A DNA stretch of 64,000 nucleotides, taken from assembly GCA_963666485.2 (NCBI GenBank), contig CAXXUO010000009.1, positions 128,001 to 192,000 of the forward strand, in the 5' to 3' direction. The DNA comes from Syntrophorhabdaceae bacterium (GTDB taxonomy: Bacteria; Desulfobacterota; Syntrophorhabdia; Syntrophorhabdales; Syntrophorhabdaceae). Below, in pieces: positions 10,013 through 21,189 of the stretch (positions are counted from its first letter, which is position 1; each line of letters begins with the position of its first letter). The translations under genes and the position numbers were made by a program. Below the pieces are notes generated by a model, which was given only the letters and a program-made list of their open reading frames with translations, was not told the DNA's origin and did not search any database.

Positions 10013-10781
10013 CGTAGAGGAACCCCGTGAGCGGCGATGAAGCGCGTGCTATCGACCTTTCTTTTCCCATTTTTGCGAGATACGCCATCCTGCCTGCTTC
10101 AACACCCCGCGCGAATGCCATCGCCATGAGCGGCGGGTCCTCGGCGTCCGCGACGGCGGTATTGGCAAGCACCGCGTCCGCGCCTATCTCCATTGCCTCG
10201 GCGGCATGGGACGGCCTGCCAATTCCCGCATCGACCACGATCGGGACCTCGTTGATCTCTTCTATGAGAACTTCGATAAGAGCCCTCATCCTGAGGCCCT
10301 GGTTGGACCCGATAAGGGAGCCGAGCGGCATGACCGCCGCCGCCCCGGCGTCTACCAGCTCCTTCGCGACATACAGGTCGGGGTTCATGTACGGCAGGAC
10401 GGTAAAACCCTCGGCGGACAATATCTTCGTCGCCTTTACCGTCTCCCGGTTGTCGGGCAGGAGGTACCGGCTGTCATTGATCACCTCGATCTTGATCCAG
10501 TCGCCGTACCCGGCCTCCCGGGCGATGCGGGCTATCCTGACCGCCTCGTCCGAATTTCTTGCACCCGACGTGTTCACCATGATGGTGGTCCCCTCAGGAA
10601 TGAAGGAGAGGATGTTCTCATCCGTGTCTTCGAGGTCTATCCTGCGCAGGGCGACCGTCACGAGCTGAGAGCCCGAGGTCAGGATCGCCTGTTTCATCGC
10701 CTCCTTGTTCCCGAACTTCCCGGTGCCGAGGAAAAAACGGCTTGTAAATTCCCTGCCGGCGATCAAGAGTTTATCTTCCAT
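10005..10781 (-). CDS. thiG: Thiazole synthase
   Basis: [38 protein letters not shown]; start at ATG 10781. Confidence 0.97.
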   Translation of the reverse strand: MEDKLLIAGREFTSRFFLGTGKFGNKEAMKQAILTSGSQLVTVALRRIDLEDTDENILSFIPEGTTIMVNTSGARNSDEAVRIARIAREAGYGDWIKIEVINDSRYLLPDNRETVKATKILSAEGFTVLPYMNPDLYVAKELVDAGAAAVMPLGSLIGSNQGLRMRALIEVLIEEINEVPIVVDAGIGRPSHAAEAMEIGADAVLANTAVADAEDPPLMAMAFARGVEAGRMAYLAKMGKERSIARASSPLTGFLYDE

Positions 10782-10782
10782 G

Positions 10783-10983
10783 TCAGCCCCCTCCCACAAA
10801 GGACACCATCTCTATGCGGTCTCCATCGGTGAGGACCGTCAAAGGCCACTGGTCGCTTTTCACGACGCCATCGTTAAGGACAAGGATCACCCGCTCGGGG
10901 TTCGCCCTGCCTGAATAGACGAGCCGGTGGAGGTCCATGCCTTCCGCAATCTCCGTCTGCCTGCCGTTCACTGTGATCTTCAT
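10783..10983 (-). CDS. thiS: Thiamine biosynthesis sulfur carrier
   Basis: MKITVNG...[13 protein letters not shown], 66 aa, ends in Gly-Gly. Confidence 0.95.
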   Translation of the reverse strand: MKITVNGRQTEIAEGMDLHRLVYSGRANPERVILVLNDGVVKSDQWPLTVLTDGDRIEMVSFVGGG

Positions 10984-11573
10984 TGTGCTGCCTTCCTGAT
11001 ACGTTTCAATAATGCCGGCGCGTCGGTGCATGCCCGTACGACGCCGATCGTTTTTGCCCCTGCCTCGAGGACATCGTCGATATTCGTAAGGTCGATGCCG
11101 CCGATCGCGACTGCCGGTATGTCGAGGTTCTGCGCCGCTTCCCTGACGTACGCAAGGCCGACCGCGGGCCTGCCCGGCTTTGTCGGCGTCGGGTAGACGG
11201 GGCCGGTCGAAATGTAATCCGCTCCGTCCGCGATCGCCTGCCTGCCCTGTTCGAGATTATGCGTTGTCTTGCCGATGATCATATCGCTGCCGACGATCGC
11301 GCGCGCGTCCTTCGTCGACATATCCTGCCCGATGTGGACCCCGTCCGCCCCCGCTTTTACTGCGAGCCGCGCGTCATCGTTCAGGATGAAGATAAAATCC
11401 CTGACCTTTTTGTATTCCACGATCTCGCGCGCCTTCTCGAGAACGGCACTTTCGTCGCCCGTCTTGTCGCGCAACTGCACGATCGCGGCCCCATCGTCAA
11501 CCGCCTGCTTTAAGTCGTCCACGGACGCAGAAATGACATAAAGGTCATTTCTGAATGGTAATCTTCGCGTCAT
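10980..11573 (-). CDS. thiE: Thiamine-phosphate synthase
   Basis: VQLRDK, ILNDD, GADGVHIGQD, GPVYPTPTK, AIGGI. Confidence 0.95.
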   Translation of the reverse strand: MTRRLPFRNDLYVISASVDDLKQAVDDGAAIVQLRDKTGDESAVLEKAREIVEYKKVRDFIFILNDDARLAVKAGADGVHIGQDMSTKDARAIVGSDMIIGKTTHNLEQGRQAIADGADYISTGPVYPTPTKPGRPAVGLAYVREAAQNLDIPAVAIGGIDLTNIDDVLEAGAKTIGVVRACTDAPALLKRIRKAAQ

Positions 11574-11643
11574 TTCTGCTATTAAATTACATCAAAATGG
11601 CTGACAAGTCCAAGATTCTCTGACACATCGCCGAAAGAGCCTT

Positions 11644-12081
11644 TCAGCCGCCGGAAAGCATCATGAAGCGCGGGCATTCCTGGAGCTCCGCTTCCTTATG
11701 GCCTTTTTCTTCCTTGTAACACAAGATATCGACCAGGTTATTGTAGCTCTTCACGTGCCAGCCGTCGATCAGCCTCATGACCGTCGGGTCGCCCCAATCC
11801 CAGGTCTTTGCCTCCGTAATCTCGCATACCCTCGATCTCCTGTTCTCGAGGTTCAGCACCCTGAGCACCAGTTTCGGCGCGCCGTTCGACCCGGCCTTGC
11901 CGGCCCAGGGGTCCAGGTACTCGTTCACCGCCTTGAAGTACTGTGAGATGCGGTCATTCTGTTTTTCGGAATGGTCCTGCAGGACAATGTGGCGGTGCCG
12001 CCCCCTGTACACGCCGCATTCCGTGCACCTCTCATGTGTAAAGGGACATGTTGCGAGACATGCTTTCGATTCTTCTGCCAT
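11644..12081 (-). CDS. Uncharacterised protein with N-terminal Cys/His cluster and C-terminal Gly-Gly (candidate sulfur carrier / ubiquitin-like protein)
   Basis: SD AAGGAG 8 nt before ATG; CPFTHERCTECGVYRGRH; ends MMLSGG-stop; directly downstream of the ThiF/MoeB gene. Confidence 0.75.
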   Translation of the reverse strand: MAEESKACLATCPFTHERCTECGVYRGRHRHIVLQDHSEKQNDRISQYFKAVNEYLDPWAGKAGSNGAPKLVLRVLNLENRRSRVCEITEAKTWDWGDPTVMRLIDGWHVKSYNNLVDILCYKEEKGHKEAELQECPRFMMLSGG

Positions 12082-12123
12082 ACGTCTACTCCTTCGAAAG
12101 TTTTTTATCTTTTATATTCATAT

Positions 12124-13293
12124 TCAGTGGCATACGCCTCCTGGCAATCCGCCTTCCTTCAATTCCCTGATAGTCGGGTTCGTGCCGCACAACGGGCATT
12201 CGGGGTTCCTCGTGACCTCGATCGTCTTATGGAATGCCTCCAACGCGTTGTAAACATAGAATTTTCCGATCATCGGCTTGCCGAGGCCTGCCGCGACCTT
12301 CAGTGCTTCAACCGCCTGTATCAGGCCTATTTGACCCGGGACGACCCCCAGGACGCCTGCGTCGCTTCAGGTAGGGACGAGGTGCTCCGGCGGCGGCTCC
12401 GGGAACATGCACCGCAAGCACGGCCCGCCCGATGCCGGGTGAAAAACGCCGGCCTGTCCGTCAAACGCGACGGCGCCCCCGAAAATGTAGGGCTTGCCTG
12501 TAAAAAAACAGGCGTCGTTAAGGAGGAATTTCGTATTGATGCTGTCCGTCCCGTCAATGACGATATCGAACCCTTCGATAATCCGATATACGTTTCCCGC
12601 ATCGACCCGCTCATTGAACAGGACGGTCTTTATATGGGGATTGAGCCGCCTTATGCCTTCTTCGGCGGATTCTGTCTTCAACCTTCCCACGTTTTCCGAC
12701 AAATGGAGGACCTGGCGGTTAAGGTTCGAGATCTCCACCCGGTCAAAATCGGCTATGCCTATCGTTCCCACCCCGCATGCTGCGAGATAGAGCAGTGCCG
12801 GGCACCCGAGCCCGCCGGCCCCGACGACAAGCATCTTCGCGCGGGAGAGCCTGCGCTGCCCGTCCTCGCCCATCCCCTTGAGGATGATATGCCTGCTGTA
12901 GCGCTCGTATTCATCCTGGCTGAAAAAACCCGCTTCATTGACAACCGGGAAGCCCCTCTGGGCCCACGCCGATATGCCCCCGGTCAGCGAGTAAAGGTTC
13001 CGGTAGCCCATCCTCTCGAGCTTCGACAAAGCTTTCAGCGACCTCACACCAATGGCGCAGTACACGATAATAGGCCTTGCGCGATCGTCAGGAAGTTTGC
13101 CTTCGCTCCCTTCGATCTCATCGAGAGGAATATGGACCGCGCCTTTCAGGCAGCCGCGCGTCGTCTCCCATTTCTCACGGACGTCGATAATGACAGGAGG
13201 GTCGGATGATTCGGCAAGGCGCCGGGTCTCTTCGGGAGAAATTTCGCCCCTGTTTGCCGGCCCGCCGCTATTCCTCGAATTGCTGTCTTTCAT
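12124..13293 (-). CDS. Rhodanese-ThiF/MoeB (E1-like adenylyltransferase) fusion, probable selenoprotein, 389 aa with Sec309
   Basis: Rhodanese IIVYCAIGVRS; RYSRH, VVGAGGLG, SNLNRQ, CLRC; in-frame TGA at 12369-12367 followed in frame by SDAGVLGVVPGQIGLIQAVEALK...RNPECPLCG...VCH-stop. Confidence 0.88.
12335..12352 (-). promoter_or_regulatory. Putative bacterial SECIS hairpin
   Basis: Minus strand, +15 to +32 after UGA: CCUGGG-GGUCGU-CCCGGG; GGUC in the apical loop as in the E. coli fdhF SECIS. Confidence 0.65.
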
Positions 13294-13297
13294 AGCT

Positions 13298-13936
13298 TTA
13301 ACCTCGCTTTGTGTCCGCTTTTGCGCTCAGGCAGAACACCGCCGTTCGTGCCAGAAGGTTCGGAAACAGGGCCGCCGGCCGCCTTGCCCCCGCGTAGCGA
13401 GCGTCTTCGATCCGCACCCTGCGCGCCCGGCAATACCGCACAAAATCATCGATACTCAGGAAATGCAGGTTCGGCGTGTCGTACCACTCATGGGGCAGTG
13501 CCGGCGTGACGGGCGCCCGGCCCCGGAAAAATATCTGGAACCGTGAGGAGACATGCGCAAAGTTGGGTATACCGACAATGACTTTCCCGCCCACTCTCAA
13601 GGCCTCCTTAAGTACGGTATCCGGATTCTTGACCTGCTGGAACGACTGGTTCAGGATCACGTAGTCGAAGGAGTTGTCGCCATATTCGGCCAGGCCCGAG
13701 TCTATATCGTCATGGAAGACGCTGAGCCCTTTCACGACGCATTCGAAAATGGCGTGGCTGTCGATCTCAATGCCCTGCCCCCTGACACCTTTTCGCCGCA
13801 CGAGAAGGCCCAATAATTCACCCGTGCCGCACCCCAGGTCGAGGACGGTGGAACCCGGTTTCACCATATCGACGATTAGCCGGTGGTCGATCCGGCCGCC
13901 GCCGTTCAAATTTTCATGCGGCCCGTCTGCCATCAT
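13298..13936 (-). CDS. metW: Methionine biosynthesis protein MetW
   Basis: [33 protein letters not shown]; overlaps metX. Confidence 0.93.
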   Translation of the reverse strand: MMADGPHENLNGGGRIDHRLIVDMVKPGSTVLDLGCGTGELLGLLVRRKGVRGQGIEIDSHAIFECVVKGLSVFHDDIDSGLAEYGDNSFDYVILNQSFQQVKNPDTVLKEALRVGGKVIVGIPNFAHVSSRFQIFFRGRAPVTPALPHEWYDTPNLHFLSIDDFVRYCRARRVRIEDARYAGARRPAALFPNLLARTAVFCLSAKADTKRG

Positions 13937-15080
13937 AAACCTTCTTCAAGAAATGCGTGTACAAATACGTCTGCTCGTCAAACTCCACGAGAAACGCGTC
14001 GTGCCCGTAATGTGACGTCAATTCGCAGTATGTTGCGTCCGCGCCGGCCATCTTGCAGGCCTTCACGATCTGCTGCGACTGGTACGGAGGGTACAGCCAA
14101 TCGGACGAAAAGGCGATGATAAGGAGCTTGGTTCCTACGCCTTCCAGGAGCTTATGCAAGGGTTTGCCGTTCGCCGCGGCAAAGCTGTCAACCGCCTTTG
14201 TTATATACAGGTATGAGTTCGGATCGAAGCGGTTGATGAAGTTATACCCCCGGTAATGCAGGTACCCTTCCACCTCGAATTCCGGGCTGAATTTGAACGG
14301 CTGTTTTTTGTCCTTCACGCGCCGGCCGAACTTCTCGTTCATCGAATCGTCGCTCATGTACGTGATATGGCCGATCATCCGCGCGACGCTCAGGCCCTTG
14401 TCGGGAAGATCGAGGCCGTAATAATCCCCGTTGTTCCAGTTGGGGTCCGCCATGATCGCCTGCCTTCCCACCTCGTTGAAGGCTATCTGCTGGGGAGTGT
14501 GCTCCGCGGTCGTCGCGATAAGGATGGCCGATGCCACATTTTCCGGGTACGACACGACCCACTGAAGGGCCTGCATCCCACCCATGGACCCGCCTGCCAC
14601 CCCAAGGAGCCTGTCTATCCCGAGATGGTCGAGAAGCCGCTTCTGGGCGTTGACCATGTCCTTGATGGTGACCACGGGGAATTCGAGACCGTACGGCCTT
14701 CCCGTGAGCGGGTTTTCCGAGGAGGGCCCCGTCGAGCCCCTGCACCCGCCCAGGATATTGCTGCAGATAACGAAATAACGGTCCGTATCGAAGGCACGGC
14801 CCGGACCGATCATATCATCCCACCAGCCGGGATTTGTATCGCCTTCATGATAACCGGCCGCATGTGCATCGCCCGTCAGCGCATGGAGGATGAGAATAGC
14901 ATTCGAGGCTTGTGCATCGAGCCTGCCGTACGTCTCGTATGCGAGAGTGACAGGCCCGATGCTTTCTCCGGATTCCAGTATAAACGGCGCAGGAAAGTGA
15001 CCAAAGGTAAAGGACTGTGCTCTTGCCGGCCCGATACCATCGTGCTGACCTGCTTCAACTTTCTCTGCCCTGAGGTTCAT
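13914..15080 (-). CDS. metX: Homoserine O-acetyltransferase
   Basis: [33 protein letters not shown]. Confidence 0.95.
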   Translation of the reverse strand: MNLRAEKVEAGQHDGIGPARAQSFTFGHFPAPFILESGESIGPVTLAYETYGRLDAQASNAILILHALTGDAHAAGYHEGDTNPGWWDDMIGPGRAFDTDRYFVICSNILGGCRGSTGPSSENPLTGRPYGLEFPVVTIKDMVNAQKRLLDHLGIDRLLGVAGGSMGGMQALQWVVSYPENVASAILIATTAEHTPQQIAFNEVGRQAIMADPNWNNGDYYGLDLPDKGLSVARMIGHITYMSDDSMNEKFGRRVKDKKQPFKFSPEFEVEGYLHYRGYNFINRFDPNSYLYITKAVDSFAAANGKPLHKLLEGVGTKLLIIAFSSDWLYPPYQSQQIVKACKMAGADATYCELTSHYGHDAFLVEFDEQTYLYTHFLKKVYDGRRAA

Positions 15081-15096
15081 AAGGCTCCTGTTTTTA

Positions 15097-16416
<1,320 letters not shown>

Positions 16417-16495
16417 TTCGGTCTCCTTTTTTCAGTTTTCTTAAAATCGTAAACGTTTTTCAGGGACTGCCAGGTGAGAGAACCCGCCCGGGGCT

Positions 16496-16942
16496 CTAAA
16501 TGTAGTACATCATAGAGTCTTGCTGCCCTTTGAGCTGCTGCATTTCAACAAGGGTAGCAATTGAATAATCGTTGAGGGTGTTCCGGATAGCGGCGCCCAG
16601 CTTGTTCCAGATCTCACGGGTGACGCACACGCCGGATTTGTCACAAACTGCTGTATTCTGCACGCAGTCAACAAGGGTACAGGGCCCTTCAAGTATGGTG
16701 ATAATATCGAGGATCGTTATCTGATCGGCCGGCCGGTCGAGGAGGTAGCCCCCTTTTCTGCCGCGCTGCGCCTTCACGATGCCGCCTTTGTGGAGGGCCG
16801 AGAATATGTGCTCGAGGTACTTCTCGGAAACGTTCTGCCTTTTCGCGATATCGGAAAGGAACACGGGGGTGCCGTTCGTACCGTGCACCGCGAGGTCTAT
16901 TATCGCCCGCAACCCGTATCTTCCTTTTGTCGATATCTTCAC
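16496..16942 (-). CDS. Rrf2 family transcriptional regulator (IscR/CymR-like, Cys-containing)
   Basis: MKISTKGRYGLRA, SEKYLEHI, RGRKGGYLL, DCVQNTAVCDKSGVC; GTG start. Confidence 0.93.
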   Translation of the reverse strand: MKISTKGRYGLRAIIDLAVHGTNGTPVFLSDIAKRQNVSEKYLEHIFSALHKGGIVKAQRGRKGGYLLDRPADQITILDIITILEGPCTLVDCVQNTAVCDKSGVCVTREIWNKLGAAIRNTLNDYSIATLVEMQQLKGQQDSMMYYI

Positions 16943-16949
16943 GTAATCA

Positions 16950-16966
16950 CCTACTAAATTAATGGG
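16950..16966. promoter_or_regulatory. Putative Rrf2 operator 1 (CCTA-N9-TGGG)
   Basis: CCTACTAAATTAATGGG, 3 bp from the -10 box of the leftward promoter. Confidence 0.65.
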
Positions 16967-16969
16967 AAT

Positions 16970-16998
16970 AGTATAGATATCTTGTTGACATGTGTCAA
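16970..16998 (-). promoter_or_regulatory. sigma70 promoter of the rrf2-met operon
   Basis: Minus strand TTGACA-17bp-TATACT. Confidence 0.8.
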
Positions 16999-17013
16999 GA
17001 CGTTTTTTATAAT
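16985..17013 (+). promoter_or_regulatory. sigma70 promoter of the hydE-like/nifU/nifS/cysE operon
   Basis: Perfect consensus TTGACA-17bp-TATAAT. Confidence 0.85.
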
Positions 17014-17031
17014 CGTGCGGAAAGTTATTAT

Positions 17032-17048
17032 CCTATCTGTTACGTAGG
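17032..17048. promoter_or_regulatory. Putative Rrf2 operator 2 (CCTA-N9-TAGG)
   Basis: CCTATCTGTTACGTAGG, downstream of the rightward promoter. Confidence 0.65.
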
Positions 17049-17074
17049 CATTTTATGTATTATATTAACCTGGC

Positions 17075-18136
17075 ATGAAAGTCGGCAACGATCACAATAG
17101 AGAAAAACAGGTCATCGGCAAGGATGAGGTTCTGGGGCTCCTCAAAAGCGAGGGTGACGACATCGGCCTGCTGTACGCCCGCGCGGACAGGGTCCGCCAG
17201 GAGCACATGGGGGACGAGGTGTATGTCCGCGGCATTATCGAATTCTCCAACCTGTGCGCGAATGACTGCCTCTATTGCGGCATACGGGCCTCGAATTTCA
17301 ATGTCAACCGCTATTCAATGAGCATCGACGATATCATGCAGACCGTTGGCTCTTTCGAGCGAATGGGGCAGACGACGGTAGTGCTGCAGTCCGGGGAGAC
17401 CCCGGGCTTAAGCGACGAGGATATCGGGAGGCTCATCAGGACGATCAAGTCAGAGACGTCCCTTGCCGTTACGCTCTCCGTCGGCAATCGTTCACGGGAG
17501 GTATACCGGTACTGGAAAGAATGCGGAATGGACAGGTACCTCATCCGTTTCGAGACGACAGACCGGCGGTTGTTCGCCCGCCTGCACCCGGATTGCTCGT
17601 TCGACGAGCGGGTCGCGTGCCTGCATATCCTCAAGGACCTCGGCGTACAGACGGGGAGCGGGTTCATGATCGGCGTCCCGGGCGAGACCCTCGACGTGCT
17701 TGCGGACAACATACTTTTTTGCAGGGAACTCGACCTCGACATGATAGGGATCGGGCCGTACATACCGCATCCCGACACACCTCTTGCCGATGAACCGAAC
17801 GCGTACGCGGGCAGTGAAGAGACCTTCTACAAGGCCGTTGCCGTGCTGCGGCTCGCGAACCCCGATGCCCATATCCCGGCGACCACCGCGTTTGACGCGG
17901 TGTTTCCCGGCGTCGGCAGGAATCTTGCCCTCACGCGCGGGGCCAACATTTTTATGCCGAACAACACGCCGGTCGAGCACAGGAAGGATTATCTCCTCTA
18001 CCCGGGGAAGCCGTGCGTCGATGAGAACGCGGACCAGTGCGTTGCCTGCGTCATGATGCGGATCGAGTCGATCGGGCGAAAAATAGGGGCGGGGCCGGGA
18101 CACTCTTTAAAAAGCGCTAATAAAAGGCTACAATAA
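17075..18136 (+). CDS. hydE: HydE-like radical SAM protein (BioB/HydE family)
   Basis: RGIIEFSNLCANDCLYCG, VVLQSGE, MIGIGPYIPHPDTPL, IPATTA, YLLYPGK, C-x7-C-x2-C tail. Confidence 0.8.
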   Translation: MKVGNDHNREKQVIGKDEVLGLLKSEGDDIGLLYARADRVRQEHMGDEVYVRGIIEFSNLCANDCLYCGIRASNFNVNRYSMSIDDIMQTVGSFERMGQTTVVLQSGETPGLSDEDIGRLIRTIKSETSLAVTLSVGNRSREVYRYWKECGMDRYLIRFETTDRRLFARLHPDCSFDERVACLHILKDLGVQTGSGFMIGVPGETLDVLADNILFCRELDLDMIGIGPYIPHPDTPLADEPNAYAGSEETFYKAVAVLRLANPDAHIPATTAFDAVFPGVGRNLALTRGANIFMPNNTPVEHRKDYLLYPGKPCVDENADQCVACVMMRIESIGRKIGAGPGHSLKSANKRLQ

Positions 18137-18192
18137 CCTGTATGCATTCAGGCCGGTACGGCCTGAAATTCACAAAGGGAAAGGAGCACATT

Positions 18193-19029
18193 ATGTGGGA
18201 ATATACGGACAAGGTAAAAGAGCATTTCCTCAACCCGAAGAATGCCGGGGAGATCGAGAACCCCGATGCCGTGGCTGAAGTGGGCTCCATCGCCTGCGGG
18301 GACGCCTTGAAACTGACCATGAAGCTCGACGAGAACAAAAAGATCGTCGACGCGAAGTTCAAGACCTTTGGATGCGCCAGTGCTATCGCGTCCGCGTCCG
18401 CGCTGACCGAACTCCTCAAGGGGAAAACGATCGAAGAAGCGGAAAAGATAACCAACCAGGAGATAGCGGATTACCTTGGCGGGCTCCCCCCTGAAAAGAT
18501 GCACTGCTCCGTCCTCGGCCAGGAGGCCCTCGAAAAGGCGATCGAGAACTACCGGGGCGTCTCCCATAAGATGCCCGAGGAAGTGATCGTCTGCGCCTGC
18601 TTCGGCGTGACCGACGGCGAGATCGAACGGGCCATCCGGCAGAACCACCTCACCAGCGTCGAAGAGGTGACAAACTATACGAAAGCCGGCGGCGGGTGTG
18701 GGAACTGCCATGAGAAGATACAGGCCATTATCGACCGCGTCTATGAAACGAAAGAAAGACAGGCCGAGCCGGTGGAGCGGCCGAAGCTCTCGAACCTCCA
18801 GAAGATCCGTATGATCGAGGAGACGATCGATCGCGAGATACGCCCGTCGCTCAAGCACGACGGCGGGGACATAGAGCTCGTCGACGTGGTCGGCAACAGG
18901 GTGCTCGTCGCGATGCGCGGTGCGTGCGCCACGTGCCAGGCGTCCCAGGCGACGATGAAAGGGTTCGTACAGGGGAAGCTCCAGGAATTTGTTGCACCGG
19001 AGCTCGTCGTTGAGGAGGTGGCATCATGA
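18193..19029 (+). CDS. nifU: Fe-S cluster assembly scaffold NifU
   Basis: ACGD, FGCASA, KMHCS, CACFG...GGCGNC, GACATC; SD AAGGAG before ATG 18193. Confidence 0.96.
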   Translation: MWEYTDKVKEHFLNPKNAGEIENPDAVAEVGSIACGDALKLTMKLDENKKIVDAKFKTFGCASAIASASALTELLKGKTIEEAEKITNQEIADYLGGLPPEKMHCSVLGQEALEKAIENYRGVSHKMPEEVIVCACFGVTDGEIERAIRQNHLTSVEEVTNYTKAGGGCGNCHEKIQAIIDRVYETKERQAEPVERPKLSNLQKIRMIEETIDREIRPSLKHDGGDIELVDVVGNRVLVAMRGACATCQASQATMKGFVQGKLQEFVAPELVVEEVAS

Positions 19030-20207
19030 AAACGATCTACCTTGACAATAATGCGACAACGATGGTGGCGCCGGAAGTGGTCGAGGAGATGCTGCCCTAC
19101 CTGCACGAGTATTACGGCAACCCCTCGAGCATGCACACGTTCGGCGGGCAGGTCGGCCGCAAGATAACCGAGGCGCGCCAGAAGATCGCCTCGCTGATCG
19201 GGGCGGAGTTGGACGAGATCATCATCACGAGCTGCGGGACGGAAAGCGACAACACCGCGATAATGTCGGCGCTCGCGAACAACCCTGCAAAGAACCACAT
19301 CGTGACGAGCAGGGTCGAGCATCCCGCAGTAAAGGTTTTGTGTGAACATCTCGCCCAGAAAGGGTACCGGGTCACGTTCATACCGGTCGATGCGGACGGC
19401 CGTCTCGACATGAACGAGTACGAGGCAAGCTTAACGCCGGATACCGCGGTCGTGAGCATCATGTGGGCGAACAACGAGACGGGCGTTATATTCCCCGTTG
19501 AAAAGGCAGCCCGCCTCGCCCGCGATAAAGGCATCCTCTTTCATACGGACGCGGTCCAGGCCATCGGGAAAATTCCCGTCAACATGAAACAAAACGCGAT
19601 CGACATGCTCTCGCTTTCCGGCCACAAACTCCATGCACCGAAAGGCGTCGGCGTGCTCTACGTCCGCAAGGGAACGAAGTTCTCGCCGTATTTGATCGGC
19701 GGGCACCAGGAAAAAGGGCGCCGGGGAGGGACGGAGAATGTCCCGAGCATAGTGGCCCTCGGCAAGGCGTGTGAGCTCGCCGCAGCCAACATGGAAAAGG
19801 AGAACACGTATGTCAGGGACCTGCGCGACAGGTTTGAGAAAGGTCTGTGCGCCGCAATACCCAGCTGCAAAATAAACGGAACGACGGAAGAGCGCCTTCC
19901 CAACACCCTCAATATCAGCTTCGAGTTCATCGAAGGCGAAAGCATCCTGCTTCTCATGGACCAGTTCGGCATCTGTGCGTCATCCGGGTCGGCCTGCACA
20001 TCGGGCTCCCTGCAGCCGTCCCACGTCCTGCGGGCGATGGGCGTCCCCTACACGATGGCCCACGGGTCCGTCCGCTTCAGCCTCAGCGTCTATAACACGG
20101 CCGAAGAAGTCGACACCGTCATCAGGGAACTGCCGGCGATAATCGAGAAACTGAGAGTCCTCTCCCCGTACTGGGCCACATCGCAGGGGGCATGCGCGAC
20201 CGCCTGA
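19026..20207 (+). CDS. nifS: Cysteine desulfurase NifS
   Basis: YLDNNATT, ANNETG, HTDAVQ, SGHKLH, SSGSACTS. Confidence 0.96.
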   Translation: MKTIYLDNNATTMVAPEVVEEMLPYLHEYYGNPSSMHTFGGQVGRKITEARQKIASLIGAELDEIIITSCGTESDNTAIMSALANNPAKNHIVTSRVEHPAVKVLCEHLAQKGYRVTFIPVDADGRLDMNEYEASLTPDTAVVSIMWANNETGVIFPVEKAARLARDKGILFHTDAVQAIGKIPVNMKQNAIDMLSLSGHKLHAPKGVGVLYVRKGTKFSPYLIGGHQEKGRRGGTENVPSIVALGKACELAAANMEKENTYVRDLRDRFEKGLCAAIPSCKINGTTEERLPNTLNISFEFIEGESILLLMDQFGICASSGSACTSGSLQPSHVLRAMGVPYTMAHGSVRFSLSVYNTAEEVDTVIRELPAIIEKLRVLSPYWATSQGACATA

Positions 20208-20219
20208 AAGGATAACCGG

Positions 20220-21172
20220 ATGGAAGAAAAATTCGCGAAAGACGAGTGCAGGATCGATATCGCAACGAACCAGGACTACCGGTCACGGATCCACCCCCTT
20301 GTCGACAGGATCGTGTCCCAGTACGACAAGGACGGCAGGTTCCATCATATCGGCCCGGAACCGATCCCGTCGCGGCAGGCCATTATCGACATTATATACA
20401 AGACCATCCCATTCTGTTCCCGGGTTTCTTCTCGGACCACCGGATTGACGATTTCAATGCGGAATATTACCTGGGCCAGCAGATAACGGAACTCTTCGAG
20501 GCGCTGACGATACAGATACAGCACGCGATACGCCATGACTGCATCCGTTTCAACAAGGTGTGTGTCCGGTGCGAGGAGCGCTCGCACGAGATCGGCCTCA
20601 AATTCATCGAGGCAGTACCGGACCTCCAGAAAAAACTGGCGACCGATGTCCGGGCGGCATTTGAGGGAGACCCGGCTTCCCGTCATTTCGACGAGATCAT
20701 ATTCAGTTATCCCGGTCTTTTCGCCATTGCCGTATACCGGGTCGCAAACTGGCTGCACCTCGCGGACGTCCCCCTTATCCCGCGCATTATGACGGAACAT
20801 GCCCACGGGCGGACGGGTATCGACATCCATCCCGGAGTCGAGATCGGGGACAGTTTCTTCATCGATCACGGCACGGGCGTGGTCATCGGTGAGACGACAA
20901 ATATAGGGAACCGCGTCCGCCTGTACCAGGGCGTGACCCTCGGCGCCCTTTCGTTGAGCAAGGACGAATGCCCCCTGCTGAGGGACACCAAGCGGCACCC
21001 CACCATAGAGGACGACGTGATCATCTACGCCAACGCGACCATCCTTGGCGGAAAAACCGTGATAGGGGCCCGGTCAGTCATCGGCGGCAACGTCTGGCTC
21101 ACCGAATCCGTACCGCCTGACACGTCGGTGTTCCTCAAAAAGCCGGAACTCGTCATGCGAAATAAAGTATAA
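20220..21172 (+). CDS. cysE: Serine O-acetyltransferase with one frameshift (single base missing near 20408-20410)
   Basis: Frame 1 MEEK...IPSRQAIIDIIYKT continues in another frame as ILFPGFF...GDPA...SYPG...GIDIHPG...FIDHGTG...LYQGVTLG...KRHPT. Confidence 0.85.
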
Positions 21173-21189
21173 TAGAGAAGCTGGATACA

